Shown here: positions 38,601-51,111 of the stretch, in pieces
Position numbering within the stretch: position 1 is the stretch's first letter
How the letters are laid out: each line of letters begins with the position of its first letter
Origin: Mobula hypostoma
Lineage: Eukaryota
Direction of reading: 5' to 3'
Assembly (NCBI RefSeq): GCF_963921235.1
Contig: NC_086097.1
Location: forward strand, 191,210,001-191,274,000
DNA length: 64,000 bases
The notes under the pieces: model-generated
The model's database searches: none
The model's input: only the letters and a program-made list of their open reading frames with translations
Told to the model about the DNA's origin: nothing
Program-made: the position numbers and the translations under genes

Positions 38601-39750
38601 GCAGAGGTGGAGAGGAACTGAATACATATTATGCATTAGTCTTCACAGTGGAAGACATCTGCAGTATACCAGACATTCAAGAGTGTCTGAGAAGTGAAGT
38701 TTTTGCAGTGAAAATTACGACTGAGAAGATGCTCAGGAAGCTTAATAGTCTGAGGGCGGATAAATTTCCTGAGGCTGATGGTATTCACCCTCGGGTTCTG
38801 AAGGAAGAGGCTGGAGAGATTGCGGAGGCATTAACAAGTAATCTTTCAAGAATCAATAGATTCTGGCATTGTACCGGATAACTGGAAAATTGAAAATGTT
38901 ACTCTGCTATTTCAGAAGGGTGGGAGGCAGCAGAAAGGGAACTATAGACCTGTTAGCCTGATATCAGTGGTTGGGAAGTTGTTGGAATCGATTGTTAGAG
39001 ATGAGGTTACTGTGTACTTGGAGGCACATGACAAGATAGGCCAAAGCCAGAGTGGTTTCCTGAAAGTAAAATCCTGCCTGACTAACCTACTACAATTTTT
39101 TAAGGAAATTACAAGCAGGGTAGACAAAGGAGATGTAGTAGACGTGGTGTACTTGGGGTTTTAGAAGGCCTTTGACAAAGTGCCGCACATAAGGCTACTT
39201 AGCAAGATAAGAGCCTATGGAATTACAGGGAAGTTATTAGAATGGGTTGGCAGAAAGCTGAGAGCGGGAATTAAGGGATCCTACTCTGCCTGCCTGCCAG
39301 TTACCAGTGAAGTTCCACAGGGGTCAGTGTTGGGACCACTGCTTTTTAAAATATATGTCAGTGACTTGGACGATGGGATTAATGGATTTGTTTTTAAATT
39401 TGCCGATGATACAAAGATAAGTGGAGGAGCAGGTAGTGTTGAGGAACCACAGCACCTGCAGAGAGATAGTTTAGGGAAATGGGCAAAGAAGTGGTAAGTG
39501 GAATACAATCTTGGAAAGTGTCTGGTCATGCACTTTGGTGGAAGAAATAAATGGGCAGACTATTACTTAGATGGGGAGAAAATTCAAAATGCAGAGATGC
39601 AAAGAGACTTGGATTCCTTGTGCAGGATACCCTAAAGGTTAACCTCCAGGTTGAGTTGGTGGTGAAGAAGGTGAATGCAATGTTAGCATTCATTTCTAGA
39701 GATATAGAATATAAGAGCAGAGATGTGATGTTGAGGCTCTAAAAGGCACT
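35655..39750 (+). mobile_element. CR1 with esterase (SGNH-like) ORF1 and disrupted ORF2; 3' end missing
   Basis: ORF1 35667-36410 AIVMGDS, HVGSNDIG; ORF2 ISETWL, GDFS, SDHNMIEF, PQGSVLGP, KFADD. Confidence 0.92.
37547..38276 (-). mobile_element. Rex1/Babar-like LINE 3' fragment with (TTCTGA)n tail nested in CR1
   Basis: (AATCAG)n on plus strand; antisense FKFLG motif; possible TSD ATTC (37543-37546, 38277-38280). Confidence 0.8.
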
Positions 39751-41333
39751 CGCGAAACATCCAAAGAGAGTATGCATGCATTAATAGATATTCTTTCAAA
39801 TTAAATATCTGCAATCTGACAATATCTAGTGGTACTAAATAAATTAATGACTGTGAGCACATAAAAGAATTGATTGTTTTGATTATAGGAAACTGAGTTT
39901 GCTGATTATTTTCACAGATTAATATTTAATCAAATTGATATGCAAAGATAGTCAATGACCAATATTTTTCTTTTCTGTTCAAGCAACAACCAATTGCATC
40001 CAGAGCACCATTTAGTTTTGCCTTTATTACTGGAGTTCACTTTTCTCTTTACGGAATTTGCATGTTTTCAAACAAGTACATCCAATGCTGAATCATTGAG
40101 TTTTATTTTAGAATCAAAGCTTTGGATAAATTATCTGATCCAGCATTTTTGTCAAGAACCATTAAATTACATTGATTCATCAAATTAATCTGGTTCACTT
40201 TACACCTCCTTGCATGAATTCCCTTCATGAATCACTGTTAAAACAACAGAGATATAGAATTGTCTTCACCAATTGCCAATGGAGAGAAAAAGTAATAATT
40301 TCTAGGATCAATTTTCAACAATATTGAGGTATGAAATGTTAAGTGACCAACACTGTTCATAGTCGGTTACACATTTCTTTGCACAGATATGCTAAAATAA
40401 TAGTGCAGATATTCTGACATTGACACACTATTAATTGTGACACATGCATTATTCATTTTCCCACATTTCCCAAATCACTAAATATTTTTGGTTAATTTAA
40501 ATTTGGGAAAAAGAATAATATGCATGGCACAATTGATGGTGTCTACATCAGAATATCTAAAAACCAGAAGACCATTTTTTTGAGCAATAGGAGAAACCTA
40601 ATTAATGACAGAGTTTTGAGCGATATAAATATGTCCCATGATAGGCCCATACAACCTCTGCCTACAACTTCCACCAGGGTCTTTTGACAGCTGCTAAAGC
40701 TGTACCTTCAGCTTAGCTGGATTCCAAAAGATTTTTTTTAGTGTATGGTCAACTCAAGCTCTTTAAAATAATTATAAAATTAAATGAAACACAAACATTT
40801 AAAAAAACATCCTTCTTCCATTTCTTCTCCCTGCAACAAACTCAATTTAAGTACATGAGGAATTCAACAGGAAAGCATACTCAGCAAATGGTCTGCGCTT
40901 CAATTGTGCTTGAGACATCTAAGATCATATTGCAGTGCCAAAACTTACTGTCTCAATGCGCTGTATGTGGGAACATAGTGTGTTAATTATTACCAATTAC
41001 TTGCTTTGTAGAAATTGCAACACTTCAGAGAAAAAATTCATCATCTGTAAGATGCTTTGGGTCATCCTGAATGGTATGTATAAGGTACAATATCAATAAA
41101 AATGATGTTTTTTTTTTACTTTGCGGTTGCTGGAAGCAAAAAAAAATCAAGTAGAGACTTCTGAGCTAAGAGCAGTTAGTGTCATTTACAACAAACATGT
41201 TTTCAGAAAAATGAAAAATCAGTCATGATGTTTGATTGTAAATCAGTTATGACTTTTCTCCTGAGCTCTCCCATTGATTAAAAATCAAGCATGTTCAAAG
41301 CAACAGTACACCATTCTCTTACATTGATTTTAG

Positions 41334-41441
41334 TTTATGAATTCCCTGTTGAGAGTTCTGTTACCAGCCTAGATCCTTTACTGAAATGGCAGTCCCTTTT
41401 GCATCTACCTGAGTTGAAATCTATTGGAATTATCCCTGCCT
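41334..41441 (+). pseudogene. Candidate exon, 108 nt, phase 1-1
   Basis: ttctcttacattgattttag acceptor; open YEFPVESSVTSLDPLLKWQSLLHLPELKSIGIIPA; weak GTGACT donor. Confidence 0.3.
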
Positions 41442-42499
41442 GTGACTCTATTCCCGTTTTTTTTTTTTCGTGCTTGCCAACCAATATCACACTATGTCCA
41501 TTTGGGTGGATATCAGAATTAAAAATTGTCGGTTCATGTTCAATGTATTAGTCCACGTACACTGTGTCAGTGCCTCCAACTGCAGCTCCTGACTAACAAA
41601 GTCAAGGAGCTGGAGCTGGAGTAGAGTGCATTTAGGATTATCCAGGAGAATGAAATCGTCATAGACAAGAATTTTACTGAGATGGTCACACCCAGCGTGC
41701 AGGCTTCAGATAGTAAATGGGTGACGGAGTAACAGTCAGTGCAAGGTTTCCCTGCAGCTATTCCCCTCTGCAACCACTTTGGATACAGCTGGAGGGGAGG
41801 GACTGGGTGTGGATAACCTATAACGGCACAGCAGCAGCAGTCTGACCAGTGGCAATGTGGCCAGCTCTGAGGCACAGCAGGGAAAGGTAGAATCAGGCAG
41901 AGTGTTAGTCATAGGAGACTCGATAGTTAAGAGGACGGACAGGAGATTCTGTGTTGTGGCCGCAAAACAGATGCCAGGATGGATTGTTACCTCCCAGGTG
42001 CTATAGAGTCCAGGTTCATGAGGGAGCATGAACAGCCAGAGGTCATGGTGCACATTGGCACAGATTACAAAGGTAGAAATGGGGAAGAGGTCCTATGCAG
42101 TGAGTATATGAAGTTATTTAAGAGGCTAAAAAACAGCACCTCCTAGGTAGTAATCCCTAGAATACTCCCAGTTCCATATGCTTGTCCGGGCAGGAATGGG
42201 ATGATAGTACAGATGAATGAGTGGCTGAAGAAGTGGTGCAGTGGGCAGGGTTTCAGATTTCTGGACCATTGGGATCTCTTCTGTGGAAGGTAAGACCTGT
42301 ACAAAAAGGATGGGGTACTCCTGAACTCAAAGGGTGTAGTATTCTGGTGGACTAGTATGCTAGAGCCATTAGAGAGGGTATAAAGTAATTTGGCAGGTGG
42401 ATGGGAACCAGAGTGATAGGGTTGAGGATCAGGTCGTTGGTATACAAGAAGATGCAGCATGTAGTGAGACTGTGAGGAAGCACAGTGAGATCATAGGGC

Positions 42500-45298
42500 A
42501 GAGACTTGGATGGCTCAGGGGCAGCAATGGTTACTTTGAGTGTTAGGCTTTAGTTGTGTCAGAAAGGACAGGGAGGGAAGCAAAAGAGGTGGGGGCATGG
42601 CACTGTTGATCAGAGATAGTGTCATGACTGCAGAAAAGGAGGAAGTCATGGAGGGATTGTCTACGGAGTCTCTTTTGGTGGAAGTTAGGAACAGGAAGGG
42701 GTTAATAACTCTACTGGGTGTTTTTTATATCGAGGAGCAGATAGGGAGACAGATTCTGGAAAGGTGTAATAATAACAGAATTGTTGTGGTGGGAGATTTT
42801 AATTTCCCAAATATCGATTGGCATGCCCCTGAAGCGAGGGATTTAGATTGGGTGGTGTTTGTTAGGTGTGTTCAGGAAGGTTTCTTGACACAATATGTAG
42901 ATAAGCCTACAAGAAGAGAGGCAGTACTTGATCTGGTATTGGTAAATGAACCTGTTCAGGTGTTAGATCTTTCAGTGGAAGAGCATTATGGAGATAATGA
43001 TCACAATTCTATCACCTTTACCATAGCTTTGGAGAAGGATAGGAACAAACAAGTAAGAAAGCATTTAATTGGAGCAAGGGGAAATATGAGGCTATCAGGC
43101 AGGAACTTGGAGGCATAAATTAGAAACAGATGTTCTCAGGGAAATGTATGGAAGAAATATGGCAAATGTTCAGTGGATATCCCTATCCGCATAGGTACCT
43201 TCCAAAGAGACAGGGAAAAGATGTTAGGGTACAGGAACCATGGTGTGAAAGGCTGTTGTAAATCCAGTAAAGAAGGAAAAAAGAGCTTACGAAAGGTTCA
43301 AGAACTAGGTAATGATAGAGATTTGGAAAATTATAAGGCTAGAAGGAAGAGTTTAAGAATGAAATTAGGAGAGCCAGAAGGGGCCATGAGAAGGCCTTGG
43401 CAGACAGGAGTAAGGAAAACCCTAAGGTATTCTACAAGTATGTGAAGAGCAAGAGGATAAAACATGAGAGAATAGGACCTATCAAGTGTGACAGTGGAAA
43501 AGTGTGTATGGAACCAGAGGAGATAGCAGAGGTACTTAATGAATACTTTGGCTTCATTATTCACAATGGAAAAGGATCTTGGCGATTGTAGGGATGACTT
43601 ACAGCAGACTGAAAAGTTTGACCATGTAGATATTAAGGAAGAGGATGTGCTGGAGCTTTTGGAAAGCATCAAGTTGGATAAGTCACTAGGACCGGATGAG
43701 ATGTACCTCAGCCTACTGTGGGAGATGAGGGAGGAGATTGCTGAGCCTCTGGCAATGATATCTGCATCATCAATGGGGATGGGAAAGGTTCTGGAGGACT
43801 GAAGGGTTGCAGATGTACTTCCCTTATTCAAGAAAGGGATTAGAGATACCCCAGAAAATTATAGACCAGTGAGTTTTACTTCGGTGGTTGGTAAGATAAT
43901 GCAGAAGATCCTGAGAGGCAGGATTTATGAACATTTGGAGAGCCATAATATGAATAGGAGTAGTCAGCATGGCTTTGTCAAAGACAGGTCGTGCCTTATG
44001 AGCCAGATTGAATTTTTTGAGGATGTGACTAAACACATTGCTGAAGGTAGAGCAGTAGATGTAGTGTATATGGATTTCAGCAAGGCATTTGATAAGGTAC
44101 CCCATGCAAGGCTTATTGAGAAAGTAAGGAGGCATGGGATTCAAGGGGACCTTGCTTTGTGGATTCAGAATTGACTTGCCCACAAAAGGCAAAGAGTGGT
44201 TGTAGATGGGTCATATGGAGGTCAGTGACCAGTGGTGTGCCTCAGGGATCTGTTCTGGGACCCCTTCATTTCGTGATTTTTATAAATGACCTGGATGATG
44301 AAGTGGAGGGATGGGTTAGTAAATTTGCTGATGAAACAAAAGTTGGGGGTGTTGTGGATAATGTGGAGGGCCACCAGAGGTCACAGCGGAACATCGATAG
44401 GATGCGAAACTGGGCTGAGAAGTGACAGATGGAGTTCAACCCAGATAAGTGTGAGGTGGTTCATTTTGGTAGGTCAAATATGATGGCAGAATATAGTATT
44501 AATGGTAAGACTCTTGGCAGTGTGGGGGATCAGAGGGATCTTGAGGTCTGAGTCCATGGGACAATCAAAGCTGCTGCGCAAGTTGACTCTGTGGTTAAGA
44601 AGGCATACGGTGTATTGGCCTTCATCAATCGTGGAATTGAGTTTAGTAGTAGTAGTAGTAGTAGTAGTAGTAGAAATAATCATACTTTATTGATCTTGGG
44701 GGAAATTGGTTTTCGGAGCCAAGAGGTAATGTTGCAGCTATATAGGACCCTGGTCAGACCCCACTTCTAGTCAGTTCTGGTCACCTTACTACAGGATGGA
44801 TATGAAAACCATAGAAAGGGTGCAGAGAAGATTTACAAGGATGTTGCCCGGATTGAGGAGCATGGTTTACGAGAATAGGTTGAGTGAAATCAGCCTTTTC
44901 TCCTTGGAGTGACGGAGGATGAGAGGTGACATGATAGAGGTGTATAAGATGATGAAAGGCATTGATCATATGGATAGTCAGAGGCTTTTTCTCAGGGATG
45001 AAATGGCCAACATGAGAGGGCACAGTTTTAAGGTCTTGGAAGTAGGTAGAGAGGAGATGTAAGGAGTAAGTTTTTTTATGCAAGGAGTGGTGAGTGCATG
45101 GAATGAGCTGCCGGCAATGGTTGTGGAGGTGGATACAATAGGGTCTTTTAAGAAACCCCTGGATTGGTACATGGAGCTTAGAAAGATAGAGGGTTATGTG
45201 TAACCCTAGGTAATTTCTAAGGGAAGGACATGATCGGCACAGCTTTGTGGGCTGAAGGGCTTGTATTGTGCTGTAGGCTTTCTATGCTTCTATGTTTC
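42500..45298 (+). mobile_element. Nested CR1 ORF2 (APE to tail)
   Basis: VGDFNFPNIDW, SQHGF, GVPQGSVLGP, KFADE, TTCTATG tail. Confidence 0.9.
44647..44714 (-). mobile_element. Tiny retroposon 3' terminus with (ACT)n tail inserted in CR1
   Basis: Reverse strand AATTTCCCCCAAGATCAATAAAGTATG then (CTA)n; host reads GAGTTTAG|GAGCC when removed. Confidence 0.7.
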
Positions 45299-45826
45299 CA
45301 AAATAACAATGGGATGAGTTGCTGTGTTTCAGGGGGAAAAATTTGAAAAGGGGTGATGAATACAAGACTGAAGGTGTTATATTTGAATGCACAGTATACA
45401 GAATAAAGTAGATGATCTTACAGTGCAGTTAGAGATTGGCAATTTGAAATTGTAGGCACCTACAATCGTGGCTGAAAGAAGATCATAATTGGGAGCTTAA
45501 TATCCAAGGATACACATTGTACGAAAAGGACAGGCAGTTAGGCAGAGGGGGTGGCGTGACTCTGTTGGTAAAAAAGGAAATCAAATCCTTCGAAAGATGT
45601 GGCATAGAATTGGAAGATGTAGAATCATTGTGGGTAGAGTTAAGGAAGTCAAACGACCCTGATTGGAGTTACAGGATATTTCTAAAGTGCCTATGAGATG
45701 GCTTTTTAGAGCAGCTTCTGTTTGAGTCTTCTTGGGCAAAGACAATTTTGGACTGGGTTTTGCATAATGAACCAGATTTTATTAGGGATCTTAAGGTAAA
45801 GGAACTCTTTGGAAGCAGTGAACATA

Positions 45827-46403
45827 GCAGGCAGCCATCAATCCCAGGGGATCATAGGTTTGTGCCTCTGGTGGACTGTGTCCTCTCCAGGGCACAAGCC
45901 TGGGCAGGAAGATTTGAAGAACTGCCTGTTGCTCATGCAGCGGGTTCCCCTTCTCCGTATCTCTGATGTAATCCAAGGGAAGCACAAGCATCGATACAGC
46001 TTGGCACCAGTGATGTCGCAGAGGTTGCCAGAGTAAAGTTGTAAACAACATCAAGCTGCCTTAGGAATACCAGTTCCGGATTTCTTCCTCAGGGTTTACT
46101 CCTGAAACCTTTCCCATGGGTGGGTATGGCCGCAAGGCAGCGGTGGTTAAAATCAGTTTCCCTTCTCTTAGGTGGGCTGCCATCCAAGGCTAACGAGCTC
46201 CACCCGCCCAAAGCAACTAGTTTTGAGGCACCAGTGCTCCTGCTGTTCACAGTAAAAACAATTCCATCAGGCCTAGCAGCAAAGCCACACGTGAAGTCCA
46301 AGAGTTGGACTTGGTTGTCAGAGGATTTGTGAGGTGCACAACATTTGCAGCATTTTATAGGTAGTGGGAGCTTATCCCCACTATTACACCTGGCTGTGAC
46401 AAA
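45827..46403 (-). mobile_element. Non-coding insertion, probably an RTE-derived non-autonomous element
   Basis: Reverse strand CAGCCCACCTAAGAGAAGGGAAACTGATTTTAACC resembles RTE 5' UTRs; flanks duplicate GTGAACATA. Confidence 0.6.
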
Positions 46404-49400
46404 CTTAGGAACCAGTCGTGAACATAATATTATAGAATTCACCCTACAATATGAGAGGGAGAAGATAGAGTCAATATCCAGATGTATCTGTATTACAGTT
46501 GAGTACCGAGACTTACAGAGGCATGAGAAAGAAGCTGGTCAAAGTTGGTTGGAAGCAAACACTATCAGGAATGATAGCAGAACAGCAATAGCTGGTGTTT
46601 CTGGGGACAATTCGAAAAGCATGAGATAGATGTATCCCAAAAATAACCAAGTATTCTAAAGGGAGAATGAGGTAACCGTGGCTGACAACAGAAGTCAAAG
46701 ACAGCATAAAAGCAAAAGAGGGGGCATATTATACAGCAAAAAATAGTGGGAAGTTGGTCGATTGGGAAACTTCTAAAAACCAACAGAAGGCAGCTAAAAA
46801 GCCATAAGGAAAAATAAATGAAATATGAAGGTGAGCTAGTCAATAGTATAAAAGAGGATACTAAACATTTATTCAGATATAAAAAGGGTAAAGGAGAGGT
46901 GAGTGTGGATATTGAACTGCTGGAAAATGACACTGGAGAGGTATTAATGCGGAACAAAGAAATGGCAGAGGAACCTAATAAGTATTTTGCATCAGTCTTC
47001 GCTGTGGAATAGATTAGCGATTTGTATGAAATCCGAGAGTTTCAGGCAGCAGGTGTGAGTCTGTGTGTGGAAGATGAAAGGCCTGAAGGTAGATCAGTCA
47101 TCTGGACCAGACAAAATACTCTGCAGAGTTCTGAAGGAGGTAGGTGAAAAGATTGTGGAGGCATTAATAATGATCCTTCAAGTATCACTTGATTCTGGAA
47201 TGGTTCTGGGGACTGGGGAATTACTAATGTCACTCCTCTCTTTAAGAAGGGAGGGAGACAGAATAAAGGGAATTATAGGCTAGTTAGCCTGCTTCAGTGG
47301 TTGGGAAGATGTTGGAGTCCATTATTAAGGATTATGTTTCGGGGTACTTGGAGGCATATGGTTTCCGTAATGGATAATCTTGCCTGAAAAATCTGTTGGA
47401 ATTTTTTGAGGAAATACCAAGCATGATGGACAAAAGAGAGTCAGTAGATGTTGTTTACTTGGATTTTCAAAAGGCCTTTGACAAGGCGTCCCACATACAG
47501 CTGCTAAACAAGATAAGAGGACATGGTATTACAGGAAATATACCAGCATGGATGGAGGATTGGCGAACTGGCAGGAGGCAAAGAGTCATCCTATTCTGGT
47601 CGGCTGCCATTGAACAGTGGTGTCCAACAGCAGTCAGTATTGGGACTGCTTCTTTTCACCTTGTATGTCAAGGAATAGGATAATGGAATGCACGGCTTTG
47701 TGACCAGGTTTGTAGAAGATACACAGATAGATGGAGGGCCAGGTGGTGTTGAGGAGGCAGAGAGTCTGCAGAAATACTTAGACAGATTGGGAGGATGGGC
47801 AAAGGAGTTGTAGATGGAGTATAGTGTAGGGAGGTGTATGGTCATATACTTTGGTTGTAGGAATAAAGATATATACTATTTTCTAAATGGGAAGAAAACT
47901 TAGAAAGAAGTTTCAAGCAGTTTGTGCAGGATTTTCTTAAGGTTAACTCGCAGGTTGAGTCAGTGGTAAGGAAGGAAAGTACATCATCAGCATACAATTC
48001 AAGTGGAATAGAGTATTAGAGCAACAAAGTAATGCTAGGCTTTATAAGGCATATAGAGTATTATAAGTAGTTTTGGGCCTCTTCTTCAAGAAAAGGTGTC
48101 TTGGCTTTGGAGAGAGTCCAGAGGAGGTTCACAAGAATCCTGAGAATGATAGCTTAATGTATGAGGAGTATTTGATAGCCTAGGCACTGGGTGAGAGGGG
48201 TGTGGTGAGGAGAATCTCAATAAAACCTCTTGAATATTGAATGGCCTAGACAGAGTGGATGTTGATAAGATGGTACCTATAACAGTTAAGTCTAGAAACA
48301 GAGGGCACAGCCTCAGAGTAAAGGTACGTCCATTTAGCCACAGGGTGGTGAATCTGTGGAATTCATTGCCATAGAGGGCTATGGAGGCCAAATCATTGAT
48401 TATTTTCTTGATTAGTCAGCAAGTTACAGGTTATGGGGAGAAGTCAGGAAATGGGGTTGAGAGGGATAATAAATCATGCATGATGGCATTGTGGTGAAGA
48501 CTTGATGGGCTGAGTGGCCTAATTCTGCTCCTATGTCTTATGACTTATGGTCTTATGATAACATTCATTGGTATTTTTGTATTTTGTGGCAATTTCATTG
48601 TTATCATATTTCCTCATTTCCTTGCTTCATCTCTGTAAAGCATTAGTAGTATAACCTAGATCTATATGCTTCACATCTTTCTGAGAGGAGTACAGTATCA
48701 TGGCAGTCACTGAAGCATTCTTCAGCTAATTCACACTGCTGTTTTCACAATCACTCTATCCCGTTTAGTATAATATAGTGCTTCCTAAACTTTTTGGGTA
48801 ACCTCCTCCTTGGCTCCCAGACCACATCCCCAGTGCCCCCTCCTTTCCAGCCATTAAATAGAAACTCTAAAGAATTTTGATTTATGATGCACACTGCAAG
48901 AAATAGGAACTGCAAATTCAAAGACAAATGTTTGCAAAAATTATTCAAATATATTTAAAGCTAAAATAAAATTAGTTATTTAATTACAATAAAACCAATT
49001 TTTATTAAGAATTTTAGAGCATACATTAGTAGTCATTATTTCATTGCTTTTTCACCTTTCAATGAGGTAGATGGGTTTGGCGCAGCTTTTCAACATCAAG
49101 CTGAATGTCACTCAGGAGTCGCAGATTTCCATGTTCAGTAATTTGCAGTCTGTTTTCTTGCTTTGAAATCATTTGGGTGACTGCACCGCAACTGCGCTCC
49201 ACTAAATATGTTGGAAAGGCAACAAAGAACATCTTAGACTTTATTCCACAGTGCAGGATGGCGTTCAGAGATTTATTTCTGCAACCAAAAGACTTGATAT
49301 GGTTTTTGAACCTCAGCTTCAGCTCAAAGTCATTTCGTAGCAAGATCAGTTCTTCCTCCATCCTTCCTATAATGCCTCATTGCAAGGGTTCAGAAATGGA

Positions 49401-50599
49401 TTTATGACCCAATCTGCAATTTGGATCAGGAAAAGATCCTGAAATCTCTCTGATGTATTTATGCATCTTACCCAAGTGGGCACAGCATACTTGAAGATCA
49501 TTTTTCTTCCTGTTTCAACTCAGAAAGGCTCAGAAATTGGAAACGATCACTATGGCTAATGTTGCACTTAAATAGGGTAAAGTTGGACAGAAATGTGGAG
49601 ACAACTTAGATAAATCACATCATTTCCTTACAGTTAAAGATTGATTTCATTAAATGTTGTGAATAATTCTGAGAAATAAGCAATACCATGCCTAATATTC
49701 TTGAGTTGGGTTCTGAATGCACCACTTAAATCTTCAAAGAATTTTATCACAGTTTCAAAAAAAGCATAGAAGCATCATGCGCAGTTTCCTTTTGAGAGTC
49801 ATCTGACCTCCATGTGCAACAGCAAGCATTAAAACTGTTCATCGTTCTCAATACAAAGCTCTAAAAATACTTGAGAATTGAGATCAAGGGACTTGAATTT
49901 ATTTACTACTGTGATAACAATACTTATTGATTTGTGCAGCCAATCACTTAGTTTTTTTGTGATTACGTTGTCTGTGAATTACACAGTGAATGGTAAATAA
50001 GTAGTGTACAGCTTTTTTTAAAGATATTAATAACCCCACGGAGATGCCCTGTCATAGATGATAGAACATAGAATAGTACAGCACAGGACAGGCCCTTCAG
50101 CCCACAATGTTGTGCCGACCCTCAAACCCTGCCTCCCATATAAACCCCACCTTAAATTCCTCCATATACCTGTCTAGTAGTGCCTTAAATTTCACTAGTG
50201 TATCTGCCTCCACCACTGACTCAGACAGTGCATTCCACGCACCAACCACTCTCCGAGTAAAAAACCTTCCTCTAATATCCCCCTTGAACTTCCCACCCCT
50301 TAACTTAAAGTCATGTCCTCTTGTATTGAGCAGTGGTGCCCTAGGGAAGAGGCACTGGCTGACAACTCTATCTATTCCGCTTAATATCTTGTATACCTCT
50401 ATCATGTCTCCTCTTATCCTCCTTCTCTCCAAAGCGTAAAGCCCTAGCTCCCTTAATCTCTGATCATAATCCATACTCTCTAAACCAGGCAGCATCCTGG
50501 TAAACAACAGGAATTCTGCAGATGCTGGAAATTCAAGCAACATACATCAAAGTTGCTGGTGAACGCAGCAGGCCAAGCAGCATCTATAGGAAGAGGCGC

Positions 50600-50635
50600 A
50601 GTCGACGTTTCAGGCCGAGACCCTTCGTCAGGACT
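50600..50635 (-). ncRNA. Minimal type I hammerhead ribozyme motif
   Basis: Reverse strand AGTC-CTGACGA-AGGGTCTCGGCCT-GAAA-CG-TC-GACT. Confidence 0.75.
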
Positions 50636-51075
50636 AACTGTAGGAAGAGTGAGTAAGGGATTTGAAAGCTGGAGGGGGAGGGGGAGATGCAAAATGATAG
50701 GAGAAGACAGGAGGGGGAGGGATAGAGCCGAGAGCTGGACAGGTGATAGGCAAAAGGGGATACGAGAGGATCATGGGACAGGAGGTCCGGGAAGAAAGAC
50801 GGGGGGGGGGGTGACCCAGAGGATGGGCAAGAGGTATATCACTCTCCTTTTTCTCCCTCTGTCCCTCTGAATATACCTCTTGCCCATCCTCTGGGTCACC
50901 CCCCCCCCTTGTCTTTCTTCCCGGACCTCCTGTCCCATGATCCTCTCGTATCCCCTTTTGCCTATCACCTGTCCAGCTCTCGGCTCTATCCCTCCCCCTC
51001 CTGTCTTCTCCTATCATTTTGCATCTCCTCCTCCCCCTCCAGCTTTCAAATACCTTACTCACTCTTCCTTCAGTT

Positions 51076-51111
51076 AGTCCTGACGAAGGGTCTCGGCCTG
51101 AAACGTCGACT
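51076..51111 (+). ncRNA. Minimal type I hammerhead ribozyme motif
   Basis: AGTC-CTGACGA-AGGGTCTCGGCCT-GAAA-CG-TC-GACT. Confidence 0.75.

Larger units (their letters stand above)
41567..48560 (+). mobile_element. Old near-full-length CR1 (ORF1 41567-42490, ORF2 45299-48560) hosting nested elements
   Basis: VIGDSIV, FLDHWD, LKVLYLNA, YLDFQKAFDK, 3' tail. Confidence 0.85.

Noticed and set aside
49059..49361. 100-aa ORF resembling a terminal host exon
   Set aside because: It is the hAT dimerisation domain of the dead Buster transposase; upstream parts have stops and a CR1 insertion, so not a domesticated ZBED/SCAND gene
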